From positions 3,953 through 67,952 of the forward strand of contig CAYUVA010000015.1 in the NCBI GenBank assembly GCA_964448115.1: a stretch of 64,000 bases of DNA. Direction: 5' to 3'. Positions within the stretch are counted from its first letter, which is position 1, and every line of letters begins with the position of its first letter. The translations under genes were made by a program, and so were the position numbers. This DNA is from an uncultured bacterium (lineage in GTDB: Bacteria; CAYUVA01). Under the pieces are notes generated by a model, which was not told the DNA's origin, did no database searches, and saw only the letters and a program-made list of their open reading frames with translations. Shown piece after piece: positions 8,903 to 18,510 of this stretch.

Positions 8903-11900
8903 CTATAGTTGTGCCCGTCGGCAGCGGATAATGGTGTCCGCATCGCTGGAGACGATGTATATCTTACCGTCAGATCCCTCATAGCCAGCAATCGGAAAAC
9001 GAAGATGTAGATTATCAAAGGGATCGAAGTTCCTCGAACTGGGATCCAGCAGCAGATTCATCTTGTCATCGAACACGAAGATGCGATTTGATTTGGGGCA
9101 GAAGACGAATAAAAAACCATCATCGGTTAACATCAAAGAGCTATATTTATCGATCTTGCTAAGAAATGTCTCGCTTAACAAATTACCGTTCTTGTCGATA
9201 AGGACGATGCTTTTAGTTCCATCATCCACTACATAAAATCTATCATGTTTATCAACCGCCACCCCAGCCGGCGATACGAACTTGCCAAAGAAGGAATCAA
9301 TCTTGGTAACAGAGCGGCTTTTACCGTTGGGGCTGCAAATAATGACATTGCCGCGGTTGTAGTTGCTTATCATGGCATCACCTTTTGAGTTGAAGACCAT
9401 ATCAAAAGGACCTCTCAAGTGTCCGCAGTCAACGAATCCCAGGAATCTCCCCTGCTGGTCATACTTGTGAATCTTGTGAAAAAGCATATCTACTACATAT
9501 AAATTCCCATTAGCATCCATGGATAACCTGAACAGGGAGCTAAAGTCAGTCGATTCTTTGCCTTTTCTCCCCCATAAGCGTTCAAGTTTGCCGCCTGCTG
9601 AGAATACCTTTACTCTGAAGTTTGTAGAATCTGCCATGAAAACCTCCCCGGAGTCGTTGACTACAACATCCTTGGGACCTCTGCAATGGCGATCCTCTAT
9701 CCCTGGACCCGAATATCTCTGCTCAGCGATAAGTTTGAACCGGATGGTGCTTATTCGGTTAGGCATAAATGGTCCTGGCTGCGGTGGCTTAGTACAGAGC
9801 GACCAGTGTGGAATGTCCTTATAGACTGGCACATTATCCTGTTGCATCTTCAGGATGAATCGGTCGTTTGCTACCGCATCCTCGATGATGATCTCGATCT
9901 TATGTAATCCCATACCCATGAGCCGCTGCTTATAAACTTCATCTAAAGATTGGCTGGTTCTTCTTTTGGTCTCCAATAGAAGTTCATCATCCAAAAGGAT
10001 ACGACAGGATGCCGATGTATCAAGCTTAAAGGCATAATTTTCTATCCGGCCGAGGATTAAAGAACCAAAAATCCTGATTCTCGATCCATCCGATGAGAGG
10101 TCAAATGCCTGCCCCAGGTTTCGTATATTAAGCGACTTAATGACACCAGTATCCTTGGTCTGATCATCTGGGTCAATTATCTCAACATTCAGTCCTTGCA
10201 GTTGCTCTATCTGCCCAGGGGTTAAATTGAATCTCCAGGCTATGGTGGTATCGGGGTGCAGCGGATGCTTTATCGGGTCTATTCTCACCCCAGGATAATA
10301 GGATCTAAATATCCTGGTTATGTATTCAAGCTCAGCACCGCCAATATTAAGTAGATATGAGGCTCCTTTACCGGGGTCTTTATGTATGAGGACATCCTGG
10401 CCGGGATCGAACATATTATAGACCTTTGCCCAGGAGTCGGAGCGCCACTGATAATGAAAATGGCTGGCATAGAAGTTTACGAAACGACAGGTATCATGAT
10501 TGGCGAAGATCTCAGAGAGATAGACCTGGTTGCCCTTTAAGTATTCATCCCTCGCCTGATAACAAACCTCGTTTATATGCGGGAAGTAGCCATACTGGAA
10601 GTGGAAAGCGTTTTTATAAACCACGAATATCAGCTTATACTGCGAAGATAACAAGACTATGCCGGCTAGAATCAATGCAATATTCTGAACCCATTGTCGT
10701 TGGATCTTAAGCCTGGATAGAATATCCCTGAGCAATATCACTCCGAAGACGATACCGATTATCATGCCAGGCAACACTGAGCCAAGTATGCGCTGAATTA
10801 GTGGGCTTTCAGAGAGTATCCCCGGCAGAGCATATAGCCAGAACCATATATAAAGAAGGAAATACCCTGTCTTATTAAGATAAAAAATGAAAAACACCAA
10901 TCCAAGTATGAAAAACGGCGCGACATAAGGACTCAGGATGGGATGCTCCGGCTCGTTGAATGAGCCGGGACCGCTTCGATAAATGTATGTAGAAAAAAAG
11001 TGGACCACATTGTTCCAAAGCGGAGACCAATCCCCGGTGTGATGTACCTGGTTAGTGATGAATAGGTGCCCGGAAGTCCTGCCAAATAGGCTATTTGGAT
11101 GGTATATTCCATAGACTATCAGCGGAGAGGCGGCTATCGCTGCGATCATGAATGACACCAGTATCTTGGGAAGGTGCCGACGAATAAACTCCCCCCGCTG
11201 CTTGAATAATATATAAATCCAGTAGATGCCTAGCAGCAGCGGTGTTATCTTGGCAGAGCTGTAAGTGTTGAAAATAAGCCCCAGAAAACCACCGAAGTAT
11301 ATATAATCCCTCAAACTTGCCGACCTTGTCGCCCGATATAGGAATAAAAACATGGCTGCCTGCACAAGCGGAAGCGAGGTTACCCGCCAGACGGTCCTGC
11401 TGTATATGACATGCGGAGTACATAGGGCAATGAATAGCGTGGCTAGTAGCGCAAGCCTTTGATCGAAGATGCGTCTGAGCAGTCGATAAAAAACAAACAC
11501 GGTCAAAATGCCTATGGTCACGGGAACCAGACGCATGGAGAGATAATTTGCTCCAAACAGTATCATGGGAGGCAATAGGAGGTAGAAAAATAGCGTCTCT
11601 ATATCCCATCTCTGGTTGGTGAGGGGACGATATACCTTCCCCTCCAGCATCTGAAGCGCCTCTACCCCATCCCATGCCTCATCGTTGTTCAACCCCCATG
11701 GGAATTCCGGAAGCTGGTAAACCCTGAAGAAGATGGCGATGATCATGATAAGTACAATCAGGATTGCTTCCACTTTCAATGGAATAGATACCCCCTTGAT
11801 GCCTTCTTTCCTGCGGGAGAGCGCATAGATGATAACCAGTGGAATGTCCATTAAATATAATATCGCGCCGGTCTTCACCGACCATCTGAAATGAATAAAA

Positions 11901-13252
11901 AGCTGCCCGGCAACTGCCAATCCTATCATCGTAATCACAAGTGGAAAGAACAGGTACCAACGATCATAAAAAAGCTCCAGGAAACCTACGAAATGTCTCT
12001 TTTTCTTGAGCCTATCAGCTAGTTCAGGGAATTCGAGCGCCGATATCTCCACTGTTTCATCACTGGAGATGGTGTCAGAAACCCTCGCTGGTTCTGTCTC
12101 CTCTTCCTCCATATCAATTGGTAAAGGTTCTAGTATATCCTTCCCTGAATCCTCTTTGTCCTCGATCCCCTCAAAATCAGGTTCTTTCGCTCTTAAGCGC
12201 CATTTTGAAACAAAACGAATGATGATAAAGGAAAACAGGGCAATTGAAGCGATAGCAATTATTACCGCGATAAGGAACATCCATCCCGCCTTGCTAGCCC
12301 CATATACAGGCAGCTTCTCGATATCGCTCGTGGAGAAAAGCTGCATGCGGTGGTTCCAGGTGTCGCAGACGGCAAGGAGTTTTCCATCCTTGGAGATAGC
12401 TATTCCGGCTGGTCTGTCGAACTGTCCTGGTTCTCTTCCAAAGGCGCCGAACGCCTTGTGCAAACTTCCATCGGGCTTGAATATTAGAACCCGGCTAAAT
12501 ACGGGATCGGTGGCATAGATGAATCCCTTGGCATCCAAGGTTACGAAGGCATCAGCATGTCGCTCTCTCTTTTGCGGTAAATCTATGACCATGAGGGGCT
12601 TTCCATCTTCCCCTAAGCGCTGCAACCTCTTGTTGCCGGCATCGAAGATGATGATATCCCCCTTGGAGGCAATGGCTAATCCCACCGGTTCTAAAAGCTC
12701 GCCCTTTGCATTCCCCTTCTTGGAGATGGTGCGAAGGACCCTGCCATCCTGGCTCAGCACGACTATGCGACCGTTGCCGGTGTCGCTGACATAAATCTCG
12801 CCATCGGGGGCTAGGGCAACATCCTTGGGTGCAAAGAAACCACCCTGGTAAGAACGCACGAAGTTCCCCGAGCTATCCAGAACCTGCAATCGATGGTTCC
12901 ATGTATCTGCTATATAGATGAATTTAGAGCTACTGCTTATGCCAGTGGGATCCATGAATTGCAGCGGCTGAGAGCCTTTCTCTCCAACGGTTAGTAAATG
13001 CTTCCCCTGCGGGGTTAGTTTCTGCACTCGATAGTTTCTGAAATCAGCCACCCATAGGTTACCTGCATCATCGAAGGCGCAATCCCTTGGCTCGTTGAAT
13101 TCGCCATCATTTACGCCTTGGTTACCAATTACTATTAGAGGTTTGATTATTGTAGCTGGAGTCGCTTCGATTGCCCACGAGGTAAGACAAGCAAAGAATA
13201 AAGCAGCGTTGATCAAATAAAACAGTTTTTTATTTTTCATTATTACCAGCAA
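8903..13252 (-). CDS. 1449-aa mosaic envelope protein: signal peptide, NHL beta-propeller, GT39/PMT-ArnT-like polytopic glycosyltransferase region, PA14-like domain, second NHL propeller
   Basis: N-terminal NHL-type repeats (GEFNEPRDCAFDDAGNLWVADFRNYRVQKL; WNHRLQVLD; GNGRIVVL; WNHRMQLF). An acidic linker is followed by about 12 hydrophobic helices (aa about 430-880). A soluble segment has a PA14-like pattern (YAFKLDTSASCRILLDDELLLE). C-terminal NHL-type repeats follow (NFRVKVFS, HKIHKYD). Confidence 0.75.
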   Translation of the reverse strand: MLVIMKNKKLFYLINAALFFACLTSWAIEATPATIIKPLIVIGNQGVNDGEFNEPRDCAFDDAGNLWVADFRNYRVQKLTPQGKHLLTVGEKGSQPLQFMDPTGISSSSKFIYIADTWNHRLQVLDSSGNFVRSYQGGFFAPKDVALAPDGEIYVSDTGNGRIVVLSQDGRVLRTISKKGNAKGELLEPVGLAIASKGDIIIFDAGNKRLQRLGEDGKPLMVIDLPQKRERHADAFVTLDAKGFIYATDPVFSRVLIFKPDGSLHKAFGAFGREPGQFDRPAGIAISKDGKLLAVCDTWNHRMQLFSTSDIEKLPVYGASKAGWMFLIAVIIAIASIALFSFIIIRFVSKWRLRAKEPDFEGIEDKEDSGKDILEPLPIDMEEEETEPARVSDTISSDETVEISALEFPELADRLKKKRHFVGFLELFYDRWYLFFPLVITMIGLAVAGQLFIHFRWSVKTGAILYLMDIPLVIIYALSRRKEGIKGVSIPLKVEAILIVLIMIIAIFFRVYQLPEFPWGLNNDEAWDGVEALQMLEGKVYRPLTNQRWDIETLFFYLLLPPMILFGANYLSMRLVPVTIGILTVFVFYRLLRRIFDQRLALLATLFIALCTPHVIYSRTVWRVTSLPLVQAAMFLFLYRATRSASLRDYIYFGGFLGLIFNTYSSAKITPLLLGIYWIYILFKQRGEFIRRHLPKILVSFMIAAIAASPLIVYGIYHPNSLFGRTSGHLFITNQVHHTGDWSPLWNNVVHFFSTYIYRSGPGSFNEPEHPILSPYVAPFFILGLVFFIFYLNKTGYFLLYIWFWLYALPGILSESPLIQRILGSVLPGMIIGIVFGVILLRDILSRLKIQRQWVQNIALILAGIVLLSSQYKLIFVVYKNAFHFQYGYFPHINEVCYQARDEYLKGNQVYLSEIFANHDTCRFVNFYASHFHYQWRSDSWAKVYNMFDPGQDVLIHKDPGKGASYLLNIGGAELEYITRIFRSYYPGVRIDPIKHPLHPDTTIAWRFNLTPGQIEQLQGLNVEIIDPDDQTKDTGVIKSLNIRNLGQAFDLSSDGSRIRIFGSLILGRIENYAFKLDTSASCRILLDDELLLETKRRTSQSLDEVYKQRLMGMGLHKIEIIIEDAVANDRFILKMQQDNVPVYKDIPHWSLCTKPPQPGPFMPNRISTIRFKLIAEQRYSGPGIEDRHCRGPKDVVVNDSGEVFMADSTNFRVKVFSAGGKLERLWGRKGKESTDFSSLFRLSMDANGNLYVVDMLFHKIHKYDQQGRFLGFVDCGHLRGPFDMVFNSKGDAMISNYNRGNVIICSPNGKSRSVTKIDSFFGKFVSPAGVAVDKHDRFYVVDDGTKSIVLIDKNGNLLSETFLSKIDKYSSLMLTDDGFLFVFCPKSNRIFVFDDKMNLLLDPSSRNFDPFDNLHLRFPIAGYEGSDGKIYIVSSDADTIIRCRRAQL

Positions 13253-13299
13253 GCCAATCGATGTTGTTTTTGTTACCTTATGTATCTGTTTAAGTTACA

Positions 13300-14034
13300 T
13301 CAATACTCGACCATGCGAGCCTGCAACATCAGTTGAAACATCTCTTTGACCGCGCTGACCATGCCGCTCATAACTGCCCTGGAGACGATGCTATGTCCGA
13401 TATTAAGCTCCTCAATAACGCTTATGGAGGCAATCTTTTGCACATTATTATAGTTTAGTCCATGCCCGGCATTTACTCGCAATCCAATGGAATTGGCATA
13501 CTGAGCAGCCTCCACTATCTTGTGAAGTTCTCGGGCGATTTTCTCCCTTCCTCTTGCATTTGCGTAGTTTCCGGTATGCAATTCTATGGAGACGGTCCCT
13601 GCCTCTTTGGCTGCGTCTATCTGGTCCTTGGATGGCTCTATAAATATGCTCGGTGTAATGCCTGCTTCCTTTACCCTGAGACAGATATCCTTGACTTTAC
13701 CGAGGTTTGCGATGACATCCAGTCCCCCTTCGGTGGTCAACTCACGGCGATTCTCTGGCACAAGGCAGACATCATCCGGCATGTATTTTAGGGCTATATT
13801 TACCATCTCCTGGGTACCTGCCATCTCCAGGTTGAGTTTTGTCTGAACGGTTTTGCGAAGCAGCTCGAGGTCTCTTTCCTGGATGTGTCGGCGATCCTCG
13901 CGGAGATGAATGGTGATCCCGTTTGCTCCGCCAAGCTCTGCAAGAGTCGCCGCAGTTACCGGATCCGGCTCACTTCCACCTCTTGCTTGCCTGATGGTGG
14001 CTATATGATCGATGTTAACTCCTAGTCTAATCAT
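13300..14034 (-). CDS. pdxJ: pyridoxine 5'-phosphate synthase
   Basis: 244 aa. LGVNIDHIATIRQARG and HLREDRRHI motifs. Confidence 0.93.
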   Translation of the reverse strand: MIRLGVNIDHIATIRQARGGSEPDPVTAATLAELGGANGITIHLREDRRHIQERDLELLRKTVQTKLNLEMAGTQEMVNIALKYMPDDVCLVPENRRELTTEGGLDVIANLGKVKDICLRVKEAGITPSIFIEPSKDQIDAAKEAGTVSIELHTGNYANARGREKIARELHKIVEAAQYANSIGLRVNAGHGLNYNNVQKIASISVIEELNIGHSIVSRAVMSGMVSAVKEMFQLMLQARMVEY

Positions 14035-15029
14035 TGCACATCCTCCTTTTCAACTACTTCATCGGTCGGATGAATTAAACCCTTTACTTGGCTAGGGGTC
14101 GGTTGCATTATAGTAACTTTAATAAAAGGTGGCTCAAGTGATTTAACATTGATATTAGGGGGTATTCCCTCGATATGTGGTTCAAGTTCATATACGCCTG
14201 GCTCCAGGTCATCAGTATATAAAATAACCTTAAAATCAAGTGCATTAAGCCTATCCACTGCACTCTTGGGTCCCTCAATGGTTATGCTTACCGTTGAAGG
14301 CTCAGTCTTTATGCCTGGCTCGGTCGATATTACTACAGGTGACAAGATCCGTTCAATCCGCATCTCCTCGATACTTACCTCGACTATCACTTGTCTGACT
14401 TCGCCTAGATGGACATACTCGTTAGGTGGCTTAAGTGATGCGTTGATTATAAAGCTGTTCGCATAACCGCTTATATCGATCGGGTCGGTTGGCAATTTAT
14501 CCACATCCTTGAGCACGCTTTGGGGACCGAAGATCTTGATCTCCTCAATCAGTGGTTTCACATCTCCAAGTATGAATCCCTCAGCTGGTTTGCCCTTGAT
14601 TATAGGCTTAGTAGGAACGACCTTGGAGACGATCGCCTCAAGGGTAACCTCTACGGCACGGGGGAAGATGCTTACGATCTCAACACCCTGGGGCAGCTTT
14701 ATTTTTTCCTTGGAGATAAACATAGTATAGGTGCCCGGGTCGCTTATTTTTGTTAGATCTATATAAACATCCTCTATCGTATCTGGGCTTATTGTTGAAA
14801 GCTGCACCTGCCTTCCTTTAATATTTATGGTTACATTGTTGGTCGATTGATATACCAGTTCCAGGTTTTGTGGAATATTTCGTATCTCAAGTGGTACGGT
14901 ATAAGAGACCTTGACCTCCGGCATGATGAGCAGAGTGGTCCATAGCAAAAATCCAAGGATCAAGGAGGCGATCTTGAGCGGCAGGTTGCCAAGAATCGCC
15001 CGATTAATCTTCCTTAGTGCCCTTCTCAT
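14031..15029 (-). CDS. YbbR-domain protein (CdaR-like regulator of diadenylate cyclase)
   Basis: 332 aa with one N-terminal TM helix followed by repeated beta-rich YbbR-like modules. It lies directly downstream of cdaA and overlaps it, which is the conserved cdaA-cdaR arrangement. Confidence 0.75.
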   Translation of the reverse strand: MRRALRKINRAILGNLPLKIASLILGFLLWTTLLIMPEVKVSYTVPLEIRNIPQNLELVYQSTNNVTINIKGRQVQLSTISPDTIEDVYIDLTKISDPGTYTMFISKEKIKLPQGVEIVSIFPRAVEVTLEAIVSKVVPTKPIIKGKPAEGFILGDVKPLIEEIKIFGPQSVLKDVDKLPTDPIDISGYANSFIINASLKPPNEYVHLGEVRQVIVEVSIEEMRIERILSPVVISTEPGIKTEPSTVSITIEGPKSAVDRLNALDFKVILYTDDLEPGVYELEPHIEGIPPNINVKSLEPPFIKVTIMQPTPSQVKGLIHPTDEVVEKEDVQ

Positions 15030-15816
15030 ATAACTTCCTGTAAAGCGTTGGCATCAGTATCTGCAAAAGGAATTTCTTGAGCGTCTCGTAGTTGAATCCC
15101 CTGGTTAGCTTACGCTCATAAGCTACCGAGACGATGCCGGTCTCCTCGGAGACGACTATTACTATTGCATCTGATTCATCGGACAGCCCCAGCGCAGCCC
15201 GATGCCTGGTACCCAGCTCGGTATCATCTACCGGGCTTTTGGTTAAGGGTAAAAAACATGAGGCAGCAGCTATCTGGCTGTTTTGGATGATCACTGCCCC
15301 GTCGTGTAGCGGTGAGTCGGGGAAGAAGATGGTCCTTAAAAGCTCGCTAGTTACTCGCGCCTCGATCGGAATGCCCATCTCAACAAAATGCCTTAGTCCC
15401 ACAGCTTTTTCTATCACGATCAATGCGCCGGTCTTGCTTGCGCTCAAAGCCATTGCAGCCTGGACGATCTCCTCTATGATTATCTCACCGGCAGCGGAGC
15501 GCTTGCTATAGAATCTCCATAAACCGACCTGTGCTAAAGCCCTTCGCAGCTCGGGCTGAAAGATAACCACAAGAACCAGAACCCATACCGCCCAAAACTG
15601 GCTCAAGATCCACTTGAAGGCATGAAGTTCGTACATATCTGCAAGTTGAGCCGCGATGAACAAGACGATGATGCCTAAAAGGATCTGGGTAGCAAGCGTT
15701 CCCTTGATCATCAAAAATACACGATAAATCAAGTAAGAGACCAGTAGGATGTCTATAAGATCCTTCCAATCGAAGGATACAGAGCTGTAGAATTCGAGTA
15801 AGTTACCTAGATTCAT
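15004..15816 (-). CDS. cdaA: diadenylate cyclase CdaA (DisA_N/DAC domain)
   Basis: 270 aa. Three N-terminal TM helices, then DAC motifs DGAVII, GTRHRAALG and VSEETG. Confidence 0.9.
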   Translation of the reverse strand: MNLGNLLEFYSSVSFDWKDLIDILLVSYLIYRVFLMIKGTLATQILLGIIVLFIAAQLADMYELHAFKWILSQFWAVWVLVLVVIFQPELRRALAQVGLWRFYSKRSAAGEIIIEEIVQAAMALSASKTGALIVIEKAVGLRHFVEMGIPIEARVTSELLRTIFFPDSPLHDGAVIIQNSQIAAASCFLPLTKSPVDDTELGTRHRAALGLSDESDAIVIVVSEETGIVSVAYERKLTRGFNYETLKKFLLQILMPTLYRKLYEKGTKED

Positions 15817-15972
15817 TCTAGAACCTTAATCTACCATCGTTCTTCGGTGCTTATGCTTGGTAGCCTTTTCTTAATACTCCCTGCTATTATAGTGCAATCA
15901 GAATTTTTAACAATCACCTTTTTAGGTTCAGGGCTTGATTTTTAGGGAACTTATAGCTAAAAATTCATCTGG

Positions 15973-16842
15973 GTGTTAACACGGGATAATGCTATGCGAA
16001 ATCTGGACAATATCAAGATCATATTCCTGGGCGCAGGATTCGGGGAGAGACTGAGCAACGGCATCAGAAGCCTTAGCGGCGAGGAATTCGAGAGGTACCG
16101 ACCCTATCTGGACACCTCCAAGCTGCTGGTGAAGATAAATGGTGCACCAGTTATCGATTATAATCTAGATAAATTGGGCAAACTTCCTGACCTAAGGATA
16201 GACGAGCAAGTATTTCTTGTAACCAATCACCTTCATTACCCTGAGATTATCGCATGGGCACAAAGCAGAGGATTCCCCACTGACAACATCATCGATAATG
16301 GAGCTATTCGCTTCGACAAGCGCAAGGGAGCCGTCGGTGATCTCCATGATGCAGCAAGGGATCTGGGAATAGAGCAGCATCTTATCGTGATAGCAGGGGA
16401 CTGTATATACGATATCGATTTTGAGAAGCTATTCGGCTACTTTGATCAGGCAGCCGATCGCTATAGCGTGATCACTTATTATAAGGAGTCTCCTGAGCGC
16501 ATGATATATCGCGGTGCAATTACCCTCGATGGTGATAATCGTGTATTAAGGCTTGAAGAGAAGGTCCCACATCCGACCAGCACGCTTGCTGCCGTGCCCT
16601 TGTATTACCTTAACTCAGCGGCAGTCGGCGCCCTAAAGGAGTTTATTCGCATTAGAAGGACATACAATCTACGGGATTCAATGGGGGATTTCATCGGCTG
16701 GCTTGCCTCAAAGGAGCGACAAGACCTTACTATCAAAGCATTTCCTCTGCCCGGCAAAAGATACGACATAGGTAACCTGGAGGATCTAAAAGCCACCGAA
16801 AGAAAATTTATTAACATCTTAAAAAATCTAGCGAAAAATTAG
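15973..16842 (+). CDS. sugar-phosphate nucleotidyltransferase-family protein
   Basis: 289 aa. N-terminal glycine-rich loop IIFLGAGFGERL. The track start is GTG; the ATG at 15994 (MRNLDNIK...) is an alternative start. Confidence 0.6.
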   Translation: MLTRDNAMRNLDNIKIIFLGAGFGERLSNGIRSLSGEEFERYRPYLDTSKLLVKINGAPVIDYNLDKLGKLPDLRIDEQVFLVTNHLHYPEIIAWAQSRGFPTDNIIDNGAIRFDKRKGAVGDLHDAARDLGIEQHLIVIAGDCIYDIDFEKLFGYFDQAADRYSVITYYKESPERMIYRGAITLDGDNRVLRLEEKVPHPTSTLAAVPLYYLNSAAVGALKEFIRIRRTYNLRDSMGDFIGWLASKERQDLTIKAFPLPGKRYDIGNLEDLKATERKFINILKNLAKN

Positions 16843-16934
16843 TTTGTTCTTATTACATTTGCTTTAGTTGCTAAAAGGCTAACCATCAGATGGTATGATT
16901 TTAACACAAGTTAGATCTCAAGGAGAAAACAATA

Positions 16935-17267
16935 ATGTCAGAAAAAAGAATAGTGGCTATTGCAATCATCGTAATGTTGGCAGGGAGTCTTACTTGCTGT
17001 AGCGGTATAAAAGCTGTCAAATCAATTAAGAAAGGCGATGAAGCGCTAACCGTGCACCAACAGGATCTAAATCGCAGCGCAGAATATCAATTAAGCGCTG
17101 GTAATTGGCTACCCCAAAACCGTGAAGCCATAAATAATATGATTGAAAAATATGGCAAAGATAATGCCCACTACAATCCCGATAACAAACCATTAGCCGT
17201 GTTCGACTTCGATAACACCTGTATCTATAATGATATCGGATATGCTGTTTTTTACTACCTAATCTAG
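16935..17267 (+). pseudogene. truncated HAD-superfamily (phosphatase-like) exported protein; ends just after motif I
   Basis: 110 aa. Signal/lipoprotein-like N-terminus (IIVMLAGSLTCCSG). HAD motif I DxDxT (AVFDFDNTCIYND) is followed by a stop 13 codons later. No motif II-IV region is present. Confidence 0.4.
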
Positions 17268-17281
17268 GTGATAGGTTGACT

Positions 17282-18022
17282 ATGAAAAAAAGCATAATGA
17301 TGAACAAACGGACAATGATCGTTAATATTGCAATATATGCTGTAATCATTCTGCTATTTAGCTCATGTCCTGTCGCACAGGAGAGCAAAAAGGAGGAGAA
17401 GATGAAGAATAAATATGCGAATATCGAGCTGCCCAGGGAATTTATATCTGGAGATCTGACCACCCTGGAGGCGATAAGACAAAGGGAATCTGTCCGCGAC
17501 TACTCTGATAGGCAACTCAGCTTAGCCGAGGTTTCCACTTTGTTATTCTCCGCCCAGGGCATCACCCATGTGCATCATGGCTTTTCCATGCGAGCTGCCC
17601 CTAGCGCCGGAGCGCTCTATCCGCTTGAGATATACCTGGTAGCAAACAGAATAGAGGGATTAGATAAAGGGATCTATCGCTATATACCCCAAAAACATTC
17701 GCTGGAGATGATTAAAGAAGGAAACCTGGTATCTGATGTCTGCAATGCTGCCTTGAGGCAGGATTCTATAAAAAAAGGAGCCGCCGTGTTCATCTATAGC
17801 GCGGTTCCCCAAAGAACCACGGTAAAATATGGCAACCGTGGCATACGCTATATCTATATCGAAGTCGGACACGCCTCGCAGAATGTCTTTTTGCAGGCGA
17901 CCTCCATGAATATCGATTCGGTGGTAATCGGCGCCTTTGATGACCAGAGATTAAACGATATTCTGGGTATTGATGGCAAAAAAGAGACGGCTGTGTATAT
18001 TCAGGTTCTTGGTAAGCCCTAG
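17282..18022 (+). CDS. SagB-type dehydrogenase / nitroreductase-family protein with lipoprotein-like signal peptide
   Basis: RESVRDYS, LLFSAQGIT and RAAPSAGALYPLEIYLV motifs. N-terminal hydrophobic segment ends in LLFSSC. Start set at the ATG at 17282; the track start at 17276 is TTG. Confidence 0.8.
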   Translation: MKKSIMMNKRTMIVNIAIYAVIILLFSSCPVAQESKKEEKMKNKYANIELPREFISGDLTTLEAIRQRESVRDYSDRQLSLAEVSTLLFSAQGITHVHHGFSMRAAPSAGALYPLEIYLVANRIEGLDKGIYRYIPQKHSLEMIKEGNLVSDVCNAALRQDSIKKGAAVFIYSAVPQRTTVKYGNRGIRYIYIEVGHASQNVFLQATSMNIDSVVIGAFDDQRLNDILGIDGKKETAVYIQVLGKP

Positions 18023-18357
18023 AGGCTCTTCAATCGCTCCAGTGCCTTTTTGTATCCCTGGTGTGTCCTTGACCAATCGACAAGCTTTTCACAGGGGAAA
18101 TCATCGCATAGATTACACCTTTCCAATCCCTTTTCATCAGCGCAACATTTGAGTATCCAGCAATCCGGCGACCAGTGACGGTCGCGATCTCCTCTGCATC
18201 CAGCGCAGGCGATCTTTTCAAGAGGTATCTTCTCGCCCCGCTTTTCATCAAAATAGTTGGCGATCCGCTTGGCAATACTCTTATCTTCGGTTGCCTTGTA
18301 GATATCGCAAACGCTGCAATCGAGGCCACAAACCGCGAACATCAGATCATCACCCAT
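18019..18357 (-). CDS. Cys-rich DUF3795-like protein
   Basis: 112 aa. CGLDCSVCDIY...CAGCRG...CCADEKGLERCNLCDDFPC pattern. Confidence 0.65.
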   Translation of the reverse strand: MGDDLMFAVCGLDCSVCDIYKATEDKSIAKRIANYFDEKRGEKIPLEKIACAGCRGDRDRHWSPDCWILKCCADEKGLERCNLCDDFPCEKLVDWSRTHQGYKKALERLKSL

Positions 18358-18510
18358 TTATGCCTCCTTTTATCCCTAATATCTCTTAACACCACTAGGA
18401 TAATATATCCAAGAACGATTCACTACTCCAAATTGCTCAAATCAATTCAAATGAAGAGCAGATGGTGTATAATCTCATTGTAACCTGGAGATCGATGAAG
18501 CAAAACACTT

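Noticed and set aside
7210-9018. Long form (602 aa) of the radical SAM ORF
   Set aside because: The first 61 codons overlap the 3' end of the 1449-aa gene by 115 nt and look non-protein-like. The internal ATG at 8835 begins right where the conserved domain starts.
9519-12794. Several 70-194-aa ORFs inside or antisense to the 1449-aa gene (for example 11091..11675 and 12006..12518)
   Set aside because: They are out-of-frame or antisense shadows of a long, motif-rich ORF. Their compositions are Ser/Arg/Pro-biased, as is typical of such artefacts.
17026-17463. 145-aa minus-strand ORF spanning the HAD remnant and the nitroreductase start
   Set aside because: It is antisense to two better-supported + strand ORFs and has no motifs.
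18358-18510. Lysine riboswitch (L-box) upstream of lysC
   Set aside because: The region is too short (about 150 nt) and lacks the conserved L-box helices and core motifs as far as I can see.
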